Below, in pieces: positions 37,204-45,642 of a DNA stretch of 64,000 nucleotides (position 1 is the stretch's first letter; each line of letters opens with the position of its first letter). The DNA is from Betaproteobacteria bacterium (lineage in GTDB: Bacteria > Pseudomonadota > Gammaproteobacteria > Burkholderiales > Burkholderiaceae_D): assembly GCA_025362735.1 (NCBI GenBank), contig JANYFL010000034.1, positions 3,061 to 67,060 on the forward strand. Reading direction: 5' to 3'. Made by a program: the position numbers and the translations under genes. The notes below the pieces were generated by a model, which was not told the DNA's origin, searched no databases, and worked only from the letters and a program-made list of their open reading frames with translations.

Positions 37204-39669
37204 ATGCGTTTAGCCTGTATTGCTTTCGTGATTGGCGCGTGGTGCTTGCAACAACAGGCGACGCTGCCTGAAAAATCAGGGTTTGTCGCGGCAGCAGTTG
37301 TCGCGTCGCTTCTGTTGTTGTTTAACAGGAAGATTCACAAAGCATGGCTCAGACATATTCCCGTTTTCATCGGCTGCCTGGCATTGGGTTTTTGCTGGGC
37401 TGCATGGCGAGCAGATTTACGTTTGTCCGATGAATTGCCTGCCAGTATGGAAGGCCAGGATGTCGTCGTTATCGGAACGGTCGATAACCTTCCTTATATC
37501 TTCGAGCAGGGGACGCGCTTCAATTTTCGCGTTGAGAATGTATTGAGTGCAGGCGTCCGCCAAAAGCATATTCCACAAATGCTTTCACTATCCTGGTATT
37601 CGAGCTACTACGGTGTGGATGAGGAAGAGGGCGTACCGATCCAGAATCTGCAGCCGGGCGAAAGGTGGCAACTAACAGTGCGTCTGCGCAAACCGCATGG
37701 CAATGCCAATCCAGACGGTTTCGATTACGAGTATTGGTTGCTCGAAAACAATCTCCGCGCCACCGGCTATGTCAGGCCTTCAAATAGCGCAGCACCCAAT
37801 CGACGACTGGACGATTTTGTCTGGCGTTTCGACTATGTCGTCGAGCGGGCTCGTGCCTTGTTGCGCGAGCGTATACAGCAATCATTAGGCGATGCCCCAT
37901 ATGCAGGTGTGATCACTGCCCTTGTCATAGGAGATCAACGCAGCATAGGCCAGTCGGATTGGCAGGTCTACAACCGAACCGGCATCGGTCATCTCGTTTC
38001 AATTTCTGGATTACATATCACCATGATTGCCGGTCTGGCGGCAACGCTGGTCTTTGCGCTTTGGCGACGCTCGCCCAGGCTCATGGTCCGCCTGCCCGCG
38101 CACAAAGCTGCCGCGTTAGCGGGCGCCATCACTGCATTGTTGTACTGCTTGCTCGCTGGCTATGGTGTACCAGCACAGCGCACGCTTTACATGTTGAGTA
38201 TGGTTGCGCTGGCCTTGTGGATGGGCCGCATCACTTCAGCCAGCCATGTGTTGTGTGCCGCGCTGCTGGTTGTCGTGCTGCTTGATCCCTGGGCGGTGAT
38301 GGCGGCTGGTTTCTGGCTTTCCTTTGCCGCAGTAGCGGCGATTTTTTATGTGACCACGGGTCGTATTCAGGAAACGGCTGCTGAGGGTTGGCAGGGCAAG
38401 TCAATATTATTGCTACGGCAAGGTGCGCGCATTCAGTGGGCCGTAACGCTTGGTCTGATGCCATTAACGATGCTGTTGTTTCATCAGGTCTCGGTGATCA
38501 GTCCGATTGCCAATGCGATTGCGATTCCACTGGTCAGTCTGATCGTCACGCCTCTCGCTCTGGTGGGTGCGATGCTCAGCGTATTCAAAACGAATCTGAT
38601 CGGCATCCTGTTGCTACAGATCGCTCATACCCTCATGGCCTGGCTTGCCTGGATATTGGGCTGGATGAGCACCCAGCCTTTGACTGTATGGACGGGTGCA
38701 ACGCCCACCATCTGGGCATTTGTTTGCGCCATGTTCGGTGTGCTCTGGTGTCTGGCTCCACGCGGGATACCGATGCGGTGGCTTGGCATTCTCTGGCTGA
38801 TCCCGCTATTTGCGTGGCCTCCAGATCGCCCTGCATCGGGAAGCGCACGTATGACGGCACTTGATGTCGGGCAAGGCATGGCGGTTCTGATTGAAACAGC
38901 GCATCACAATGTGCTCTATGACACCGGTCCACAATACTCGGCCGATAACGATGGCGACAACAACGCGGGTCAACGGGTCATTCTGCCGTTGCTACGTGCA
39001 CGCGGCATTACGAAGCTTGATGCCATGATCGTTTCGCATAACGATAACGATCATTCCGGCGGTGCCTTATCGATTCTTAATCAGATGCCTGTGGACGTCA
39101 TTTTCAGTTCACTGGCCACCAATAGTCCGCTGGTTCAGACTGCCGCGAGTCGGCACAGGCGCTGTGAAGCGGGACAGAAAATCGAACTGGATGGCGTGCA
39201 TTTCGAGATGTTGCATCCGACGGTGGGTGATTACGAACAGACCTCGCTCAAGACCAATGCGCGCAGTTGCGTGCTTCGCATTACGGTTCACAACAATGAG
39301 GCGGGCTCAAAGATGCAATCGGCGCTGTTGGCTGGCGACATTGAACGTCAACAGGAACTTGAATTGATTGATCGCACAGCACCTGAAGCCATTCAGTCGG
39401 ATGTACTCCTGGTGCCGCATCATGGCAGCAAGACTTCTTCGAGCGAAGAGTTTCTCAATGCCATCAACCCGCATATTGCGTTGATTCAATCGGGTTATCG
39501 CAATCGTTTTGGCCATCCAAAACCAGAAGTTCTTGAGCGCTACATAAAGCGGGGCGTGGAAGTGCATCGTAATGATCGCGAAGGAGCGGTCACCCTTGTA
39601 TTGGGTACGCAGGAATCCAGCTTGGATGCTTACCGGCTCAGTCATGCGCGCTATTGGTATGGGCGCTAG
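37204..39669 (+). CDS. comEC: DNA internalization-related competence protein ComEC/Rec2
   Basis: It is 821 aa with a polytopic membrane core (GIGHLVSISGLHITMIAG) and a C-terminal metallo-beta-lactamase domain (VSHNDNDHSGG...VPHHGSKTSSS). Confidence 0.9.
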   Translation: MRLACIAFVIGAWCLQQQATLPEKSGFVAAAVVASLLLLFNRKIHKAWLRHIPVFIGCLALGFCWAAWRADLRLSDELPASMEGQDVVVIGTVDNLPYIFEQGTRFNFRVENVLSAGVRQKHIPQMLSLSWYSSYYGVDEEEGVPIQNLQPGERWQLTVRLRKPHGNANPDGFDYEYWLLENNLRATGYVRPSNSAAPNRRLDDFVWRFDYVVERARALLRERIQQSLGDAPYAGVITALVIGDQRSIGQSDWQVYNRTGIGHLVSISGLHITMIAGLAATLVFALWRRSPRLMVRLPAHKAAALAGAITALLYCLLAGYGVPAQRTLYMLSMVALALWMGRITSASHVLCAALLVVVLLDPWAVMAAGFWLSFAAVAAIFYVTTGRIQETAAEGWQGKSILLLRQGARIQWAVTLGLMPLTMLLFHQVSVISPIANAIAIPLVSLIVTPLALVGAMLSVFKTNLIGILLLQIAHTLMAWLAWILGWMSTQPLTVWTGATPTIWAFVCAMFGVLWCLAPRGIPMRWLGILWLIPLFAWPPDRPASGSARMTALDVGQGMAVLIETAHHNVLYDTGPQYSADNDGDNNAGQRVILPLLRARGITKLDAMIVSHNDNDHSGGALSILNQMPVDVIFSSLATNSPLVQTAASRHRRCEAGQKIELDGVHFEMLHPTVGDYEQTSLKTNARSCVLRITVHNNEAGSKMQSALLAGDIERQQELELIDRTAPEAIQSDVLLVPHHGSKTSSSEEFLNAINPHIALIQSGYRNRFGHPKPEVLERYIKRGVEVHRNDREGAVTLVLGTQESSLDAYRLSHARYWYGR

Positions 39670-39783
39670 GGAAGAACTGATTAAGCCTACTGTTACGAAC
39701 TTTCGTCCTGATTAGCTTGCTTTTTTTCGGGCTTGTTAAAATTAATATCGAGCACGGCTGCTTTAATCCAGCATCTTTATCAA

Positions 39784-40041
39784 TTATTCCCCTACAGGTC
39801 CAGAAGGAGTCCAGTTGGAAATATATGGATCAATACCTGAGGAGATAAGACGTTTCTGTAAACCTATCATGGCTTCATACCTGCCAGCGCTTCCCGATTT
39901 TATCTTTGCAACTTCTTGCTCACTAATCTCGTCTTCGCGCCAAGCTTCGTTATGTGTTCCGGCATTACATCGAAGGTAGTATTGTCCACCACGCCTGATG
40001 ATCTCAAGTGCATTAAATGCGTAAATTTTCTCTTCGTTCAT
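39784..40041 (-). CDS. Small hypothetical protein (85 aa), no recognisable family
   Basis: ATG 40041 (MNEEKIYAF...) is preceded by GAGG at a 6-nt spacing, with a TATAAT hexamer ~25 nt further upstream. The local region is AT-rich. Confidence 0.4.
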   Translation of the reverse strand: MNEEKIYAFNALEIIRRGGQYYLRCNAGTHNEAWREDEISEQEVAKIKSGSAGRYEAMIGLQKRLISSGIDPYISNWTPSGPVGE

Positions 40042-40130
40042 AATGGACCTCATTGAGTTTTATTGAATTATAGGTGCCGTGTTCGGCTTCTTTTTCTCGA
40101 TGATGAAGCGGGCATCTGGAATACAGAAAC

Positions 40131-40160
40131 AAAAACGCCCGCTGAATCAGCGGGCGTTTT
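40131..40160. terminator. Bidirectional rho-independent terminator (downstream of the phasin gene)
   Basis: The sequence is AAAAACGCCCGCTG-AAT-CAGCGGGCGTTTT. Confidence 0.7.
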
Positions 40161-40209
40161 GTAGAGATTGATGCGCGATTATTTGCGCGTCATACTCGAA
40201 TACGAATAC

Positions 40210-40764
40210 TTACTTCTTGCTACGGGGAGTCGTCGTAGCAGCAGTCTTCACAGCAGCGTTGGTCGCAGCAGTGATGTTGGCTTCAGCCATTTCAACAGCT
40301 TGCTTGGTGGCTTTGGTCAGGCTGTCATAAGCCGAGTTCGCAGCGGCAACAGCCGACTTGACCATGGCAACAGCAGTTTCAGAACCAGCAGGAGCGTTCT
40401 TGGTAGCAGCGTCAACCAGAGCAACAAACTTCTTGTTGGCTTCGGTGATTTGCGATTCAGCAGCTTTGGTGAATTCAGTCGAAGTCGACGTAGCGATGTC
40501 ATACAGGTGACGTGAATAGGCAACAGCCTTTTCAGCCGAAGGCTGGAATTGGGCAGTCGAAAAGGCCATCAGTTCTTGCATGTCCTTGACCGACAACATT
40601 TCTTTGGTCTTGGCAGCGGTGTCAGCCAGATTGGCTTTAGCGACGTTCAGGTTCAGTTCGATGACTTTTTCAACGCCAGCGAAGGCACTGTTGGTCAGCG
40701 AGAAAACGGTTTCGAGATTGCTCTTGGCAGCAGCAGCAAATTGCTCAGGTGTGGGATTGGTCAT
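40210..40764 (-). CDS. phaP: Phasin (PHA granule-associated protein)
   Basis: It is a 184-aa Ala-rich helical protein. The sequence MTNPTPEQFAAAAKSNLETVFSLTNSAFAGVEKVIELNLNVAKA is typical of TIGR01841-type phasins. Confidence 0.85.
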   Translation of the reverse strand: MTNPTPEQFAAAAKSNLETVFSLTNSAFAGVEKVIELNLNVAKANLADTAAKTKEMLSVKDMQELMAFSTAQFQPSAEKAVAYSRHLYDIATSTSTEFTKAAESQITEANKKFVALVDAATKNAPAGSETAVAMVKSAVAAANSAYDSLTKATKQAVEMAEANITAATNAAVKTAATTTPRSKK

Positions 40765-40823
40765 TGTGGGCTCCGATTAAAAAAATAAAATGAAAGAAAA
40801 TTCTGAGGATTCCAGCACAGCAC

Positions 40824-41073
40824 TGCTGCACCGCAACAAACAGTATTGTAGGGCCTGGGGCGGGAATGTCAAGAAATATTTGGTGCGACGCACAAAATAA
40901 TTTCTACTGATGACGGTTTATATTGTAACATCATGAATATAAAGAGTAAATTATATTTTAATTTCAAATTAATTACGTAAAATAAAACGATTGTGCGCAA
41001 AAAATATGCGGTGCAGCAATGTAAAAATTGGATTGATTGGATTGTAGGAAAGTATTAAAACTGCGGTGCAGCA
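40824..41073. promoter_or_regulatory. Three copies of the 12-mer TGCGGTGCAGCA in the phaP/HDAC divergent promoter region (candidate operator)
   Basis: TGCTGCACCGCA at 40824-40835 is the motif read on the minus strand. TGCGGTGCAGCA occurs at 41007-41018 and at 41062-41073, 55 bp apart. Confidence 0.35.
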
Positions 41074-41241
41074 AAACCGAATCCAGATTTGAGCAGATCC
41101 AGCCGAGCATGGCTTGGGCTCTAAAGCTTCGGGGAAATCAGGGAATGAGCGACAGCGTGCGGGTCTTGTAAGATCGCTCTAACTCCCATTCCCACCTGTT
41201 TTCGAGAACGACTTCACATTTAGGTAGATTGGTCATACCCG

Positions 41242-42168
41242 ATGCGAGCCTATTACACGGACAAATTCGTTTTACCGCTACCACCGGGTCACCGTTTTCC
41301 CATGCAGAAATATCGCATGACCCGTGAACTGGCGTTGCTGAACGTGCCGGACCTGGAATTGCTGGAACCGGATGCTGCAAGCGATGGCCAGCTCGCCTTG
41401 GCTCATACGCCTGAATATATCCAACGAGTTACTACTGGAAATCTGAGCGATTCAGAGCAGCGTGAAATTGGCTTTCCCTGGTCGCTCGCGATGGTCGAAC
41501 GCTCACGCCGGTCTACCGGCGCAACGATTGCAGCCTGTCGTAGTGCCTTGCAGTCGGGCGTGGCCGCCAATCTGGCCGGCGGCACTCACCATGCCTATGC
41601 CGACAAGGGCAGCGGATTTTGCGTTTTCAATGATGCAGCCGTGGCCGCGCGTCTGATGCAAGCTGAGCACTATTTCCCTGGGCGAATTTTTCGTGTTGCC
41701 ATAGTTGATCTGGACGTTCATCAGGGCAATGGCACTGCTGCAATCCTTAAGGATGACCCCAATGTCTTTACCTTGTCCCTGCATGGCGAAAAGAATTTTC
41801 CTTTTCGCAAGGAGGCTAGTGATCTTGATTTGGCGCTGCCCGATGGTACGGGCGACGCAAAATATTTGCAGGTTCTGGAACTTGCTCTGCAGCAACTATT
41901 CGAAGCCTTCACGCCTGATCTAATCATTTACTTGGCGGGCGCGGATCCTTATGAGGGCGACCGGCTCGGGCGACTGAAGTTGACTCAGGCGGGTTTGGCG
42001 AAAAGGGACGTCATGGTTTTTCAAGCGGCACTGAAGCGTGGCATCCCGGTTGCGGTCGCGATGGCAGGCGGATACGGCCATGTGATCGAAGAAACCTGCC
42101 GTATCCATGCCCAAACGATTGAACTCGCAGCAGATTTCTCAACGCGGTTTGTTAAAAAATTCCGTTAG
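41242..42168 (+). CDS. Histone deacetylase-family (HDAC/AcuC-like) amidohydrolase
   Basis: Motifs GGTHHAYADKGSGFCVFND, DLDVHQGNGTA and AGADPYEGD are the Zn and catalytic signatures. Confidence 0.85.
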   Translation: MRAYYTDKFVLPLPPGHRFPMQKYRMTRELALLNVPDLELLEPDAASDGQLALAHTPEYIQRVTTGNLSDSEQREIGFPWSLAMVERSRRSTGATIAACRSALQSGVAANLAGGTHHAYADKGSGFCVFNDAAVAARLMQAEHYFPGRIFRVAIVDLDVHQGNGTAAILKDDPNVFTLSLHGEKNFPFRKEASDLDLALPDGTGDAKYLQVLELALQQLFEAFTPDLIIYLAGADPYEGDRLGRLKLTQAGLAKRDVMVFQAALKRGIPVAVAMAGGYGHVIEETCRIHAQTIELAADFSTRFVKKFR

Positions 42169-42257
42169 TGAATGTCAATAGTTAGCAGAGCAGATTTATC
42201 CCGCAAATTGTTTCGTAATGTAAATGCCTGAAATCATCGACCCTCTGCCATGGGATA

Positions 42258-43526
42258 ATGCCGTCCACTTTAGCTGACACCCTCATTCAAGAAAGTGCCA
42301 ACGTGTTTTCAATTCATCGTCATTTTTCTCCCCAAGGTTTGTTCACTCGACTGTTCACTTTATTGGCGCTGGTTTGTCTTGCCGCTTGCAATGGCGGAGG
42401 TTCTTCCGGCTCGCCTGCCGTGGCGCCTTCTGGAATTACACTCCAGGCCATTGACAGTGGGGTGATCGTTACCTGGAATCAGGACCCAACTCTGGATTAT
42501 TGGATTTTCTCCGCCGCGGCACCCAGCATTACAACGACGAACTACATCCAGTTCCCAGATGCGCGTGTACAAAAGTCGGTCGTTTCTCCGCTGATCATCT
42601 CAGGCCTGACCAATGGAACGACCTATTCATTGGTGATGAATTCGACCAAGAGTGGTAGCCCGGCTGGCCCAGCTAGTAGTTCGTTTTCTTTTGTGCCGAA
42701 GATTGCAGGCGTTACATGGACTGCCAAAACGCCATTTGCCACTGCGAATATAACTTCTGGTACAGCGGGAGCAGCCGCCAACCTGGTCACGGTGGGTTCG
42801 GGAGGTGCGATCTATACGACAACAGACCGAACGACTTGGACGCCACGGACTTCAACCACAACGAATGATTTAAAAGGAGTCGCCTTTAGCGCGGCGACAT
42901 CAAGTTTTGTCGCAGTTGGTGCGAATGGCACCATCATCACCAGTTCAGATGGGGTGACATGGACAGCACGTACCTCAGGGGTTTCGAGTCGACTGAATGC
43001 AGTGGCTTACGCGATTACCTTTTTTGTCGCAGTCGGTGATGGCGGTGTCATTCTGACCAGTACGGATGGCGTGACCTGGACGCAACAAACCTCCGGAACG
43101 ACCAATAATCTGTACGGAGTCAGTGTCGCTAATGGCATCCTTGTGGCGGTTGGTGCAAATGGAACGGTGCGCAGCAGTCCGGACGCAGGTACCTGGACTG
43201 CTTATACCGTACCCACTACAGCCGATCTGTATAGCGTTGCTTATGGATTCTCAAACTATATCGTTGTGGGCAATGCTGGAACCATACTCTCCAGTGCGGA
43301 CCTGACGACCTGGACCTTGCAGAATCCAGTCAGCCAGCCCCTCTATTCGATCGCGATATCGACACAGGCTGTTGTTGTTGGAGCCGGTGGAACCATTCTT
43401 TATGGCCTGCCGACAACCAGCTGGTCAGTGGCAGCCTCAGGCACCAGCAGTAATTTGAATAATGTGACTCTCTTTTCGGGTTACACCGCACTGGGCAATG
43501 CCGGGGCCAATACCTACTCTCAATAA
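42258..43526 (+). CDS. Lipoprotein with an FN3-like domain and a 6-7-bladed beta-propeller (Ycf48/BNR-like repeats)
   Basis: It has a lipobox (LVCLAAC). It also has repeated blades of the type AVGANGTIITSSDGVTWTARTS (xGxxGxIxxSxDxxTWT). Confidence 0.65.
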   Translation: MPSTLADTLIQESANVFSIHRHFSPQGLFTRLFTLLALVCLAACNGGGSSGSPAVAPSGITLQAIDSGVIVTWNQDPTLDYWIFSAAAPSITTTNYIQFPDARVQKSVVSPLIISGLTNGTTYSLVMNSTKSGSPAGPASSSFSFVPKIAGVTWTAKTPFATANITSGTAGAAANLVTVGSGGAIYTTTDRTTWTPRTSTTTNDLKGVAFSAATSSFVAVGANGTIITSSDGVTWTARTSGVSSRLNAVAYAITFFVAVGDGGVILTSTDGVTWTQQTSGTTNNLYGVSVANGILVAVGANGTVRSSPDAGTWTAYTVPTTADLYSVAYGFSNYIVVGNAGTILSSADLTTWTLQNPVSQPLYSIAISTQAVVVGAGGTILYGLPTTSWSVAASGTSSNLNNVTLFSGYTALGNAGANTYSQ

Positions 43527-43910
43527 GTAGCGGTTGCTCCGTATTCAGTTCTATTAGTTCTATTCGGACAGGTGTTCAAGCTTTGGCCTCCTAAGACACC
43601 TCCATGTAATTGGTAGTGGCTCTTATCGCAAAGACTGCTACCGATCTTGCTCTCTACGAGGGGGCAATCAGGACCAGTAAGTTTCGTATTCCTTCGATCT
43701 AAATACGGTGCCCGACAAACGGGCATCAGTGTGCCGTGCCCAGCACACCTGATCCCATCACATTCAATCAACCACGCTGCCTGTCCATGCGTTGAATGCT
43801 TTCCGTTCAACTGGTGAGCCTGCGGGCTAAATGGTCCTAACTTGCGCTGTGAAGGCGTGATATGTAACAGACAATTACAAATTCAGGACTACAGGAAATA
43901 AACCAGTGAT

Positions 43911-43927
43911 CATTGAATGATTCAATG
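43911..43927. promoter_or_regulatory. Perfect 7-3-7 palindrome upstream of the efflux operon (candidate repressor operator)
   Basis: The sequence is CATTGAA-TGA-TTCAATG, 82 nt upstream of the mdtA ATG. A TATATT hexamer lies just downstream of it. Confidence 0.3.
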
Positions 43928-44008
43928 CGACACTATATTTTTAGTCCATGAAAATCGTAAGTGCCTAAGCCCTAGCCAGTTGATCTTCTCTTAATAGACT
44001 GTCCCAAA

Positions 44009-45613
44009 ATGAGTGAAAACGATAATTCACAGAATCATACTGAGTTGCTGTCAACTCCGTCTCGATCTGTGCCCTGGTGGAAAAAGCCCTGGATTACAGG
44101 TGTCATTCTGGTGATTCTTGCAGGGGGAGGCTACATCTGGTGGGCCAAACCAGCCTTTCTGTTCAAGACTCAAGGAGCAGCTGATGGCCGCGCCGGTTCG
44201 GGTGGCTCTGCTGGACCTACGGGAGGTGGAGGTTTTGGTGGTGGTGGCTTTGGCGGACCCGGTGGACGGCGGGGCGGACAAACAGCACCGGTTGGAGCCG
44301 CTAAAGCGCGAACTGCAGACGTCAATATTTATATCCCGGCACTGGGTTCGGTTACTGCGGCGAATACCGCTACCGTGCGCGCGCGCATCGATGGTCTGGT
44401 GCTGCTGAAGCTGAATTTCAAAGAGGGACAGACGGTCAAGGAAGGTCAATTGTTGGCGCAATTGGACCCACGTGCAGCGCAGGTACAACTCTCACAAGCA
44501 CAAGGTCAATTGGCACGTGACGCCGCTCTGTTGCAAAACGGGAAGGTCGATTTGGAACGCTATCGAAAATTGTTGGCACAAGACTCCATCGCGAAGCAGC
44601 AGCTTGATACGCAGGAATCCCTGGTGCGGCAGCAGGAGGCAACAGTCAAGATTGACCAAGCCAATGTTGATGCCGCCAAACTGCAATTGAGTTACACCCA
44701 GGTGATCGCGCCGATCAGCGGCAGAGTCGGCCTGAAACAAGTCGATGTGGGTAACGTGGTTCATACCAGCGACGTCAATGGCGTTGCCATCATTACGCAG
44801 GTGCAACCGATCAATGTGGTCTTCACGATTCCCGAGGTGAATATTGCCCGCGTGCTGCAGCAGTTGCAGGGGGGCGCCGCAATGCCCGTCGAAGCCTGGG
44901 ACCGTGATCAGAAAAACATGATTGCCAGTGGCGAGTTGATTACCGCTGACAACCAGATCGACGCGACCACCGGTACGATCAAGCTCAAAGCCAAATTCAA
45001 TAACGATGACCTCGCACTGTTTCCCAATCAGTTCGTCAATATCAAATTGTTGATGGATGTGCGTCATGGCGCGACCGTCGTTCCGACGGCGGCTGTCCTG
45101 CGCGGCACCGATGGACCGTTTGTTTATGTCGTCAAACCAGATAAATCTGTCACGGTGCGGCAGGTACGTACCGGCGCCGTGCAGGGTGACGACACGATGA
45201 TTATTCGTGGTGTTGAACCCGGTGAAGTGGTGGTCATTGATGGCACGGATCGCTTGCGCGAAGGCATGAAGGTGGAGTCTATCGTACGAGCCGAGCAGCC
45301 GGTTGAGGTTGGAGTAAAACAACCGCGACGTGGCCGTAATGGTCAAGGCGGTCCAGGTGGTTTTGGAGGAGGCAATCGCCCGATGAATCCTGATGGCACC
45401 CCTCGCCAGCGTCCCGATGGGCAAGTTGTTGGTAGTCAAGGCTTTGGTGGCAATCGCCCAGCAAATCCAGACGGGACCCCGCGTCAGCGTCCCACCAATC
45501 CGGATGGAACGCCGCGTCAATGGCCGAAGAATCCCGATGGCACACCTCGCCAGTTTCCGGGTGGTGGTTTCGGCGGTAATCGCCAGGATAACGCACCATC
45601 TGCAGCACCTTGA
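44009..45613 (+). CDS. mdtA: RND efflux periplasmic adaptor (MdtA/MuxA type) with a Gly-rich linker and a C-terminal NPDGTPRQ repeat tail
   Basis: It has an N-terminal TM anchor and typical membrane-fusion-protein core motifs (LAQLDPR, LSYTQVIAPISGRVG, VFTIPE, VVIDGTDRLREG). It is followed by two RND pump genes. Confidence 0.8.
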   Translation: MSENDNSQNHTELLSTPSRSVPWWKKPWITGVILVILAGGGYIWWAKPAFLFKTQGAADGRAGSGGSAGPTGGGGFGGGGFGGPGGRRGGQTAPVGAAKARTADVNIYIPALGSVTAANTATVRARIDGLVLLKLNFKEGQTVKEGQLLAQLDPRAAQVQLSQAQGQLARDAALLQNGKVDLERYRKLLAQDSIAKQQLDTQESLVRQQEATVKIDQANVDAAKLQLSYTQVIAPISGRVGLKQVDVGNVVHTSDVNGVAIITQVQPINVVFTIPEVNIARVLQQLQGGAAMPVEAWDRDQKNMIASGELITADNQIDATTGTIKLKAKFNNDDLALFPNQFVNIKLLMDVRHGATVVPTAAVLRGTDGPFVYVVKPDKSVTVRQVRTGAVQGDDTMIIRGVEPGEVVVIDGTDRLREGMKVESIVRAEQPVEVGVKQPRRGRNGQGGPGGFGGGNRPMNPDGTPRQRPDGQVVGSQGFGGNRPANPDGTPRQRPTNPDGTPRQWPKNPDGTPRQFPGGGFGGNRQDNAPSAAP

Positions 45614-45642
45614 ACACGTGAAGTTTTTGAATTGAATCATCC

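Noticed and set aside
43520-43810. A 96-aa minus-strand ORF in the long spacer upstream of mdtA.
   Set aside because: It has no Shine-Dalgarno sequence and a composition typical of random ORFs, and I recognise no homology. The region is treated as non-coding.
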